Below are positions 56,637-64,000 of a DNA stretch of 64,000 nucleotides, one piece after another. Within the stretch, counting starts at the first letter, position 1, and each line of letters opens with the position of its first letter. Both the position numbers and the translations under genes were made by a program. The stretch is from an uncultured Candidatus Poseidoniales archaeon (GTDB lineage: Archaea > Thermoplasmatota > Poseidoniia > Poseidoniales > Thalassarchaeaceae), in NCBI GenBank assembly GCA_964342465.1, contig CAYFFQ010000004.1:95077-159076 (forward strand). The letters run 5' to 3'. The notes below the pieces were generated by a model that was not told where the DNA came from, did no database searches, and saw only the letters and a program-made list of their open reading frames with translations.

Positions 56637-56744
56637 CGCTCCCTTGATGGGGGGTTCTCGCTTCGCCATCTTGTGAATGGTCATTTCACCAGCGCAGTGC
56701 AACTGCGACGGCACAACAATACGCCCCTTCCCGTATCCGCCCTC

Positions 56745-57890
56745 ATGCTTTCCCTCATCCTGCTATCCCCTCTCATCTCTCCTGTCGCTGGTGAGTGGGA
56801 GGAGGATTCATGGTTGTCCAACATCATCGGTCCTGAGAGGTTGGAAGCAGGCGACGAGTTTGGTTGCCATGGCATGGTGGGTGAACATTTCCCCACGTAT
56901 TTAGATGAAATCAAGGCATGTAGGGATTACCTTATCGCGAGGGCTCCAGCATCGAGGTGGGGTTCAAATCCAATTTCACTCGGTCTTGATGAGGCCAGGG
57001 TGGCGCAGGTTGATGCTGCTGAGATGGCGGCTGCCGGTTTTCGCGTCGTTGACAATTTCGAGAAATCCTCTCACCTCTCTTCCATCGTCTACAACGGTGG
57101 TTCGTTGGAAAAGAATGTAGGCTCGCTGGCAGATTACGACGCTCTTCTCAATACGGATGTGGAGTTAATCAACTTCTATTGGATGGGCCGTGACCACGAT
57201 GTTGTTGTCCGACCACAATCAGACTTGGTTGCCGCTATAGAATCAACCCCTGCATGGCTGACGACATGGGGTGAACATTATTCATATCAAGCAACCTCAC
57301 GGAGATTCAACACTTCCAACCCTATTTCGGATGTGTGGAATGTCTCCCTTTCCTATGTCGCAGATACAGGAGCAGACGGCGATGCATGGCTGCTACCGAT
57401 ATCCAACCGATTCAGAGGGATTCCCGCAGATGTTGTCCATGTGAAATCGAGCGGCGAGATGCTTCCTGAATTATCATCAGACACACAGCATCTGCAAACC
57501 GGTTGGTACCAAGTCGGCTCTGACCTGATTCTCACTCTCGCCCCTAGGATGGAAGTGGAGATACAGTTTGAATCCTCTGCAATCGCACCTCGAGACCAAG
57601 TGTCCTGCCCTCTCTTCAATTGCCACAAGGTGGCCATCACCGTCGCTGGCCATCACACATCTGACCTCTTTGACTGGTCACGCCGTTGGGATGATTCGCC
57701 ACTCCGATTCACTTGGCTGGTTGAGCCGAGAGAGGTCGGACAATTCAGTTGGATTCTACCGACAGCGGCCCTCATCATCGCCATTGCCGCGCCTGTTGCG
57801 ATAATCTGGTTGGTGAAGAAGGACCATAGGGCTCAGAGGGCGGCAGCACTCCTCTACAGGTTGGATGAGATGTCCGGTGAACAGGAATGA
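56745..57890 (+). CDS. Secreted protein with C-terminal membrane anchor, unknown function
   Basis: Starts at ATG 56745 with a signal peptide (MLSLILLSPLISPVAGE). ~330 aa hydrophilic domain, then a C-terminal TM (WILPTAALIIAIAAPVAIIWLV) and a charged tail. The track N-terminus (from 56544) is translated repeat DNA. Confidence 0.55.
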   Translation: MLSLILLSPLISPVAGEWEEDSWLSNIIGPERLEAGDEFGCHGMVGEHFPTYLDEIKACRDYLIARAPASRWGSNPISLGLDEARVAQVDAAEMAAAGFRVVDNFEKSSHLSSIVYNGGSLEKNVGSLADYDALLNTDVELINFYWMGRDHDVVVRPQSDLVAAIESTPAWLTTWGEHYSYQATSRRFNTSNPISDVWNVSLSYVADTGADGDAWLLPISNRFRGIPADVVHVKSSGEMLPELSSDTQHLQTGWYQVGSDLILTLAPRMEVEIQFESSAIAPRDQVSCPLFNCHKVAITVAGHHTSDLFDWSRRWDDSPLRFTWLVEPREVGQFSWILPTAALIIAIAAPVAIIWLVKKDHRAQRAAALLYRLDEMSGEQE

Positions 57891-58082
57891 GCACGATTAC
57901 AGTTTGATTCGATATGGTCAAATTTCCCGCACCGACTGGTTGCCACCCGAGTCATACGCTGATTTATCGTCGTGGGTGGTGAAGGAGAGCCGTGGATAGG
58001 AGTCAGGTGCATTTCGCGCTAAGGAGCGGTTGCGGGTTGAGGTGCACGGTCTGGCTGCGGGGTGCATGCAGATATCGTGCAT

Positions 58083-58220
58083 GGGTGATGGTGCCTCGCC
58101 CAAGAGAAGAAATGGTGGTTCGCCAAAGAGCGGGTGACGGTGGCTCGGTTAGGAGCGGGTGATGGTGATTCTCCCAAGAGCAGGAGATGTTGGCTCGGTT
58201 AGGAGCGGGTGATGGTGGCT
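58083..58220. repeat. ~25 bp degenerate tandem array reiterating the 3' end (including stop codon) of the adjacent minus-strand gene
   Basis: GCTCGGTTAGGAGCGGGTGATGGTG occurs exactly at 58143-58167 and 58193-58217. The latter copy contains the gene's TAA (58199-58201). Diverged ~25 bp copies lie between and beyond, back to ~58083. Confidence 0.8.
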
Positions 58221-59269
58221 CCCGCAGCCGTCAGTCGCTCGATGATGACACCCAGCCCACCGATGTACTCATCGGGTGAGACGACCCCCGAGATTTCACC
58301 CCTAATCAGTGCCTCACAGGCGACGATGAACGGAATCCCCGTGGCAATTGCCATCGACGGCCAGAGGCGGCCGGCCTCCCGGTCAATTCCAGGGATGTCA
58401 AACTCCCATCGTATCACTTCTCCAGCAATATCGGTGAAGGTGATATCCATGTAGGTGAATTCACCAATGCAGGTCTCCCATGCCCATTGCTGAACGAGGT
58501 CATCCGCACTGATACCGCCGTTATCTCGGAGTCGGATGAATTTCTCGATATGGCCCGGCCAGCGCACTGTATATTCGGTCAGTGATTGAGCTGTCACCTT
58601 CCGATTCTGCAAGAGTGACCGTAATCCATCAGTCAGGAACGCCTCCATTCTTCCGCGACAGCCAGCCTCGAAGAGATGTCTGTCGCTGAGAGCAGGAACT
58701 TCTCTGGTTTCCCCATCCACCCGAATCCGTGCCGGTCGCCTGTATTCGGCGAGCACATCCGTTGGAGAAAATGGAGCACAGTACGACCACCCGTCGTCGG
58801 GATGAACAGGATTGCCGCCGACCCTGATTCTAATCGAACGCATCGGCGCCCTTCCCGCCTGCTCACTCACAACAATCATGTTGGAGACACCCGGAGCGAT
58901 TCCACAGTCGTGAATCATCGCTGCGCCCCTCTCCTCTGCGAGAGGGGCGAATCGCTCAGCCCTCTCGCCGCTGAAGGCGAGGTCGCAAACCGTAGCACCA
59001 GCAGAAATCAACGGTTCTCTGAGCGAATCCCCGATATCCCCCGGTAACAGATTGAGAATCAAGTCGTATGATTCCAAATCACATTGTTCAAGGAAAATGA
59101 AGGCATCCTTCTCTACGATTTTGAATGTGAGTCCATCCCTCACCTCCCGAAGAAGCGGCACCGCCTGATGGTTCAAGGCAACGGCAGTGACGGTATGTCC
59201 GGCTTCTTGCAATTGCTGACAGATGTATGTGCCGACCAGTCCTGCTCCGAAGGAGAGTATGTCGGCCAT
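58199..59269 (-). CDS. Saccharopine dehydrogenase-like NAD(P)-binding oxidoreductase
   Basis: From ATG 59269: MADILSFGAGLVGTYICQQLQEAGHTVTAV (Rossmann GxGxxG), DLILNLLPG, and HDCGIAPGVSNMIV, typical of the Sacchrp_dh family. The ORF extends to 59347. Confidence 0.6.
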   Translation of the reverse strand: MADILSFGAGLVGTYICQQLQEAGHTVTAVALNHQAVPLLREVRDGLTFKIVEKDAFIFLEQCDLESYDLILNLLPGDIGDSLREPLISAGATVCDLAFSGERAERFAPLAEERGAAMIHDCGIAPGVSNMIVVSEQAGRAPMRSIRIRVGGNPVHPDDGWSYCAPFSPTDVLAEYRRPARIRVDGETREVPALSDRHLFEAGCRGRMEAFLTDGLRSLLQNRKVTAQSLTEYTVRWPGHIEKFIRLRDNGGISADDLVQQWAWETCIGEFTYMDITFTDIAGEVIRWEFDIPGIDREAGRLWPSMAIATGIPFIVACEALIRGEISGVVSPDEYIGGLGVIIERLTAAGATITRS

Positions 59270-59609
59270 GAGTTGGGCGATACAGCCCCTTCTTAATAAT
59301 GCGACTTTTACCTCCTGAGCGATAACCTTCGGTTCTGGTGATACCACCCCCTCAATTCCCTCCTAACGGTCTGACCAACAAGGTCTTGTGAGAGATAAAC
59401 ACGATACCTCTCTCTCAGAGCGCGCCGCGATTTGTTGGGTGAAACCCCCAAGGGTCTGCTCTGACGACCCTCCACCCGTGTGGGGAATAGGTGGGTGAGA
59501 GGCGGAATTTGCCAACTAGCACCCTCCAACTGTTTGGCGAATTGGTCGTGTTGAAGTTCTTGAGCCGTAGCATTCATGCGACTGGTGCCTACGAGACCGT
59601 ATCGGGGAT

Positions 59610-60998
59610 ATGATGGGAGAGGACGTTTCAATCGACCCGTGGTCATCCGATGTCTCGACGGACTATGCAAAGATGATAGCACAATTCGGGCTGGAAGCCA
59701 TTGACCCCTCTCTGCTCCCGAGCCCCTCGATGCTGCACAGAAGAGGAATCGTTTTCGCCCACAGGGACCTGAATCTTGTATTGGATGCCCATGCGGGGAG
59801 CGACCCTTTTGGAGTACTTACCGGACTGATGCCTTCTGGCAGGATGCACCTCGGTCACAAGATGGTCATAGACCAAGTAAAGTGGTTTCAGGAGCGCGGC
59901 GGGGATGTGACTATCGCGGTGGCGGACCTCGAAGCACATGCGACGCGAGGACTTTCACTGACCGAGTGTAGAAGAACAGCACTTGATGAGTATGTGACGA
60001 ACTACGCTGCACTCGGCCTTGATGTCGAGAAAACCTCGGTATATTTCCAATCCATGCGGCCGATAGTTCAGAGACTCGGTTTTACTCTCGGCAAGAGAAC
60101 AAACCTATCGGAATTTGAAGCTATCTATGGGTTCAGAGGAGATACAAATCTCGCCCATGTTCAGGCTCCTCTGGTTCAAGCTGGAGACATTCTACATCCA
60201 CAATTAGACGAGTATGGCGGACTCAGGCCGATAGTTGTACCTGTTGGGGTGGACCAAGACCCACACCTGCGGCTGACGCGGGGGCTGGCGGCAAAGACGA
60301 ACTGGTTCAACATCAAATCAAGAAAATCCGGTGGGCTGTCCATCGGCCTCTCCATTCAGGACGAAAATGCATCTGCCTTGGGGGTGGTTGAAGGTGGGCG
60401 GATAGACAAGAGTATCCGTCAATCCGTTTTCGCGAAATTGACCAACGCACTTCAGCGGCTGGGATTTAGCGACATCAACTCCAATCCGAAGCATGGATTG
60501 ATTGAGATTCCTGCGGCCACAGGTCGCGACCGCGACCTGATAAGGCCGGAACTTCTTCGATTGGAACGGCAAATGGGTGGACTCGGTCTGCTTCAGCCGT
60601 CGTCCACATACCACCAGTTTGCCATCGGGATGACAGGTGACAAGATGTCATCGAGCAGACCGGAGACCACAATCTTCCTGACCGAGGATGTCGCAAAAAT
60701 GGAGAAGAAGGTGAAATCCTCATTCTCTGGTGGTCAGCCGACCCTAGAAGAACACAGGAGATTGGGGGGGGACCCTGAAATCGATGTCGCTTTCCAATAT
60801 CTTAGATATTTCTTTGAGGACGATGACAAAGCCCTCACTGAGGTGGAATCTGGTTACCGAAGCGGCGAGATTCTCACCGGACAGATGAAACAACTTTGCA
60901 TCGACAAGGCCGCTGATTACCTGACCAATCTCAAGGAGATGAGGGACCAGACGGCGCACATCGTGGAAGAATTTCTCGCCGATGATGCTAGCCTCTGA
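59610..60998 (+). CDS. trpS: Tryptophan--tRNA ligase (archaeal/eukaryotic type) with ~95 aa insertion
   Basis: DPWSSDVSTDYAKMIAQFG (TrpRS N-terminal pattern), the HIGH-type motif PSGRMHLGH and the KMSKS-type motif DKMSSS. 462 aa versus the usual ~370-390. Confidence 0.8.
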   Translation: MMGEDVSIDPWSSDVSTDYAKMIAQFGLEAIDPSLLPSPSMLHRRGIVFAHRDLNLVLDAHAGSDPFGVLTGLMPSGRMHLGHKMVIDQVKWFQERGGDVTIAVADLEAHATRGLSLTECRRTALDEYVTNYAALGLDVEKTSVYFQSMRPIVQRLGFTLGKRTNLSEFEAIYGFRGDTNLAHVQAPLVQAGDILHPQLDEYGGLRPIVVPVGVDQDPHLRLTRGLAAKTNWFNIKSRKSGGLSIGLSIQDENASALGVVEGGRIDKSIRQSVFAKLTNALQRLGFSDINSNPKHGLIEIPAATGRDRDLIRPELLRLERQMGGLGLLQPSSTYHQFAIGMTGDKMSSSRPETTIFLTEDVAKMEKKVKSSFSGGQPTLEEHRRLGGDPEIDVAFQYLRYFFEDDDKALTEVESGYRSGEILTGQMKQLCIDKAADYLTNLKEMRDQTAHIVEEFLADDASL

Positions 60999-61025
60999 AA
61001 TCCCTCACCGTATTGGCGGTTCATG

Positions 61026-61191
61026 GCCAGGCGGGGCTTTCGGGGTCGCCTCCGGTTGAGGGTCGAACGGGGGTTTTGAGGCCGCTTAGGGGGAGAGGCC
61101 ACCTCGGATTGGTAGGTCGAACGGTGGTTTTGAGGCCAGACGGGACTTTCGGGGTCGCCTCGGGTTGAGAGGACAAACAGGCTATTTGGAA
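61026..61191. repeat. Degenerate tandem repeat, ~55 bp unit x 3
   Basis: GGCCAGGCGGGGCTTTCGGGGTCGCCTCCGGTTGAGGGTCGAACGGGGGTTTTGA (61026), a diverged middle copy (61081) and GGCCAGACGGGACTTTCGGGGTCGCCTCGGGTTGAGAGGAC... (61135). Confidence 0.75.
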
Positions 61192-61347
61192 GGAAGACAG
61201 ACAAGCCATCGAGGGACATGGGGACTGTGCGGTGGTGAAGATGATGCCGTCTAGTGCTTGAATTCCTGCATCCTTTATCAACGGTGCCATCCCATTACTG
61301 TTTATGGTAGGATGGGGAATAATCGTCAATCCACCACTGCTGGGGAG

Positions 61348-61866
61348 ATGAAACAGATGGACAGAATAGAAGAGATATTTGACAGAAATGAAATCAGAGC
61401 GGAGTTCAAGGATGGCGGTATTTATAACAACAAATATTCGTTATTCACTTATATTATGGAAAATTGCAATGTGGGTTGCCAATTGCACTACGATGAAGAG
61501 GGGAGCAAAACGACTTTGTTTTCATCCCCTGTAGGGTTGAAACTACCCGATAAAAGAAGGATTGAAGTCGTGATGTTGGCCAACGAATTCAACAGACATC
61601 CATATCCAGCTGTTGCGATGGTGGTTGAATCGGTTGGGGATCTAGTGTATTGGATGAAGGCAACGAGTCCCGGGGTGGAAGAACTCTCTGAAGTTGAGGT
61701 CTTGGAATGGATAAATGAATCAACACTAGCCCATAATTTTGTCTATCCAGCGGTGATGAAGGTCGTCCATGGTGAAATGTCAGCACTTGAGGCGTGGAAA
61801 TCCATCATGGGTGGTCCTGAACAGAGCGAGACAGACACAGACACTTCGAACCCGATGTTCGGCTGA
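61348..61866 (+). CDS. Hypothetical protein (possibly YbjN/T3SS-chaperone-like fold), AT-rich 5' half
   Basis: 172 aa from ATG 61348, preceded by GGGGAG. No diagnostic motif. The fold guess rests only on size and the pattern LANEFNRHPYPAVAMVV. Confidence 0.4.
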   Translation: MKQMDRIEEIFDRNEIRAEFKDGGIYNNKYSLFTYIMENCNVGCQLHYDEEGSKTTLFSSPVGLKLPDKRRIEVVMLANEFNRHPYPAVAMVVESVGDLVYWMKATSPGVEELSEVEVLEWINESTLAHNFVYPAVMKVVHGEMSALEAWKSIMGGPEQSETDTDTSNPMFG

Positions 61867-61885
61867 GTCACTAGAACGGAGTGTA

Positions 61886-62524
61886 TCAATCGCCCTCGAA
61901 GACGAGAGATTTCGGTCCCGGCTCCAGTTCACCGATTTCCTCGTCTGTCAGTTCCCTCTCCTCGACATCAGCGTGAGCGATGATGCTGTGACCCTTGGGG
62001 TCAAGAATCTCTACGGTGAGGTCCCCCATGAGTGAGCCATCTCGTAGGGCCGTCAGTGCCAACTCCAACTGGATGAGCATACCCAATCGCTGCTCACCTT
62101 CTCCACTCTCATCACCGTCATGCAGTTCTTCCGCCAGTTGTCGCATCATCATCTGGATGATGTCAATGAACCGCTTGACCACACCCTCGACATTACTCAC
62201 ATAACCGGTTGCTTGAGTTCCCGGAGCAACTTCAAGGTCGAGTTCAGGAATCCTGATGGTGCCCGAAGCACCTCTCACAACTCTGGCAAGTAGGTGTTCT
62301 TCCTTGTCAACTAGCAGCGAGTGAGCGAGAGCCCCTCGCTCTTCAGCCGGAATGAAATCGGTCTGCCGCATTCCGCAAGAATTGCAACTCAGTGTGATTT
62401 GCGTGTGTTCGCCGAAATATGGGATTTCAGATGAATGAGACAGCAGTTTCAGAACTCCTTCCTCCTGACAGGTGGGACAGGGAAAATCGATATCACTCTC
62501 CACTCGCTCACCCGCCATGTTCAT
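61886..62524 (-). CDS. ZPR1-type zinc-finger protein
   Basis: CPTCQEEGVLKLLSHSSEIPYFGEHTQITLSCNSCGMRQTD (C4 ZPR1 finger) followed by VRGASGTIRIPELDLEVAPGTQATGYVSNVEGV, the ZPR1 A-domain pattern. Start at ATG 62524 or 62518. The ORF extends to 62587. Confidence 0.75.
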   Translation of the reverse strand: MNMAGERVESDIDFPCPTCQEEGVLKLLSHSSEIPYFGEHTQITLSCNSCGMRQTDFIPAEERGALAHSLLVDKEEHLLARVVRGASGTIRIPELDLEVAPGTQATGYVSNVEGVVKRFIDIIQMMMRQLAEELHDGDESGEGEQRLGMLIQLELALTALRDGSLMGDLTVEILDPKGHSIIAHADVEERELTDEEIGELEPGPKSLVFEGD

Positions 62525-62981
62525 GGACTTCGCGGTCCAAACCCTCAAGTCCGACCACAGTTGGAGGGAGGATGAGCACTCGTTCATCCCCTAGTTGAAG
62601 AAGCGAGCCGCCCAAATCGCCTTTGACAAATTTAGTGATGTGTTCTATAGCAGTATTCAACTCGAAATTGCGGTCAATGATATTCCCCAATTCGACGATC
62701 ACCACACTACCATCAGCGGCCCAATCCAGTATTGATTCCAGTCCGTTCACATCGTGCAGAACCGCCCTTTGAACAACGGTTTCCCCGATTTTCCTTGGCA
62801 CTGGCGCGTGAGGATATAGTTGTGCTAGGTCGTGGTAGACCTGACCTGGTGCTGGGCGTGGCATTTCTCCGTCGTGTTGGCTTGGAATGTCCAGCCATTT
62901 CGGCCCCTCACTTCGCTCTTCGTCCATCTTCATCTCGCTGGGGGGTCGCCATATCCCATAACCAATTGCATCCGACCACAC
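62508..62981 (-). CDS. sepF: SepF-like cell division protein (DUF552)
   Basis: The C-terminal VQRAVLHDVNGLESILDWAADGSVVIVELGNIIDRNFELNTAIEHITKFVKGDLGGSLLQLGDERVLILPPTV fits the SepF core (..D...i.d.l..g..Vi.nL...). The start is uncertain (62981, 62933 or 62927). Confidence 0.6.
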   Translation of the reverse strand: MWSDAIGYGIWRPPSEMKMDEERSEGPKWLDIPSQHDGEMPRPAPGQVYHDLAQLYPHAPVPRKIGETVVQRAVLHDVNGLESILDWAADGSVVIVELGNIIDRNFELNTAIEHITKFVKGDLGGSLLQLGDERVLILPPTVVGLEGLDREVHEHGG

Positions 62982-63002
62982 TATCGGGAAGCCATTTCTA
63001 TT

Positions 63003-63107
63003 GCTGAATCAGAATGGCAGGTTGGTGCTGTGTGGTGGGTCAGAGTAGGGGCAGGTATCGGCGGAGTAGCCGCTGAATCAGAATGGCAGGTTGGTGCTGT
63101 GTGGTGG
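63003..63107. repeat. Two-copy perfect direct repeat, 36 bp core, 69 bp period
   Basis: GCTGAATCAGAATGGCAGGTTGGTGCTGTGTGGTGG occurs at 63003-63038 and again at 63072-63107, separated by a unique 33 bp. It lies between the divergent sepF and psmB genes. Confidence 0.9.
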
Positions 63108-63210
63108 CCTATCAATGCTGTTCGAGGGTGAGAAACCACCACTACTCAGCGGCTGTGAAAGGCGCAACACTCGCGGGGTTGATAAGGGGCCGACTTCCCG
63201 GCAGTTCAGC

Positions 63211-63230
63211 CGAAGCGGCGCTCCGCTTCG
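63211..63230. promoter_or_regulatory. Perfect 8 bp-stem palindrome just upstream of psmB
   Basis: CGAAGCGG-CGCT-CCGCTTCG ends 6 nt before the psmB ATG (63236). It could be a protein operator or a 5'-proximal RNA hairpin. Confidence 0.35.
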
Positions 63231-63235
63231 TGCGA

Positions 63236-63895
63236 ATGTTCAAAGAGAGGAGATTCGGGGGTGGGGTCATGGATGCAGAGATGAAGGCGATGAAGACCGG
63301 AACCAGTACTGTTGGGATTTGTTTTGACGGTGGTGTGGTAGTCGGTGCTGACCACCGCGCTACTATGGGTCACTTCGTAGCCAACAAGAATGTGCAGAAA
63401 CTATTTTCCATAGCAGACAATATCGCTCTCACCACCGCTGGGTTGGTGGGTCACGCACAGGTTCTCTCCCGTGTTCTCGCTGCTGAGATAGCCATTTTTG
63501 AGATGAAGCGTGGTGGCCAGATGAAAGTTGAGGCAGCGGCCACCATGACTGCCAACATCCTCGGTGGCAGACCGTATTGGGTGCAACTGTTAATCGCTGG
63601 TGTCGACGAAGATGGCAGCCATGTCTTCTCCATAGATTCGGCTGGTGGTTCCATCAGTGACACATACTGTGCCACCGGGTCAGGCTCTCCCTACATGTAT
63701 GGTGTATTGGAAGACCAATTTGAAGAGGGGATGAACGAGAAACAGGCTCTCGGCTGCGCTGCCAAGGCTCTTCTCGCTTCGGCTCAGAGGGATGCCGCCA
63801 GCGGCAACGGCATGGACCTCTGTGTCATCACGCCCGAAAATGGCTTCAAACTTCTTTCTCAGGCGGAGAAGACCCGCCTCATCAAATCGCTGTGA
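63236..63895 (+). CDS. psmB: Proteasome subunit beta
   Basis: Propeptide MFKERRFGGGVMDAEMKAMK, then the TGTSTVGICFDGGVVVGADHRATMG mature N-terminus (catalytic Thr), then ALTTAGLVGHAQ and YCATGSGSPY. The track start at 63083 lies inside the upstream repeat. Confidence 0.9.
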   Translation: MFKERRFGGGVMDAEMKAMKTGTSTVGICFDGGVVVGADHRATMGHFVANKNVQKLFSIADNIALTTAGLVGHAQVLSRVLAAEIAIFEMKRGGQMKVEAAATMTANILGGRPYWVQLLIAGVDEDGSHVFSIDSAGGSISDTYCATGSGSPYMYGVLEDQFEEGMNEKQALGCAAKALLASAQRDAASGNGMDLCVITPENGFKLLSQAEKTRLIKSL

Positions 63896-64000
63896 GCGAT
63901 TTACATATTCCCGGCATTCAGACTGCCATGTGCCCCTACCCGAACGGTAGTAGGCAGTTTTGACCCGGGCGAACATCAGCGTGAGGTTTTGAGATGAGAC

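Noticed and set aside
63680-63976. 98 aa minus-strand ORF at the window end.
   Set aside because: It is antisense to the 3' part of psmB, with no recognisable features.

Overview
Gene-dense (roughly 90% coding) chromosomal segment of an archaeon. The archaeal signature is the rpoH-rpoB(unsplit)-rpoA'-rpoA''-rpl30e cluster plus eS1/S3Ae, proteasome beta, RNase P Pop5, PurP, NreA, ZPR1 and an FtsZ/SepF pair. These sit alongside bacterial-type ThyA/FolA and a PlsC-family acyltransferase at mid-range GC. By inference only, this points to an uncultured marine Thermoplasmatota (MG-II/III-like) lineage. I call 58 CDS (one partial, one speculative micro-ORF), one tRNA-Lys(UUU), ten intergenic direct or tandem repeat loci and a few weak regulatory signals. 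I found no rRNA, transposase, integrase, cas genes or bona fide CRISPR array, so this looks like core genome rather than an island.

The most unusual content is listed below.
(1) A minus-strand respiratory operon (7.5-14.2 kb) has a Rieske protein and a split cytochrome b. The C-terminal half of cytochrome b is fused to a ~290 aa extracytoplasmic domain and a cytoplasmic HdrD/CCG-type Fe-S module. It is accompanied by a ferredoxin and a secreted, membrane-anchored Reeler/DOMON-like protein, and no CXXCH cytochrome c is present.
(2) A paralogous ~65 aa N-terminal module is appended to both RpoH and RpoA''. There is also a ~145 aa Cys-containing insertion in RpoA' and a SAP-like C-terminal tail on ribosomal protein S3Ae.
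(3) Four paralogous archaeal coiled-coil proteins lie within 10 kb. One carries an RGG-repeat N-terminus encoded by 30/60 bp DNA repeats. They sit next to a Roadblock/LC7 protein, a KaiC-like ATPase and a heavily sequon-decorated surface protein with cytoplasmic zinc ribbons.
(4) There is a methyltransferase-BirA fusion.
(5) There is a permuted three-gene glutamate-synthase-like cluster.
(6) Unrelated 25-72 bp intergenic repeat arrays recur across the window. Three have CRISPR-like repeat/spacer geometry but only two copies each. Two reiterate the stop-codon-containing 3' end of the adjacent gene.

All functional calls rest on motif recognition by eye in the supplied translations. No database search was run.
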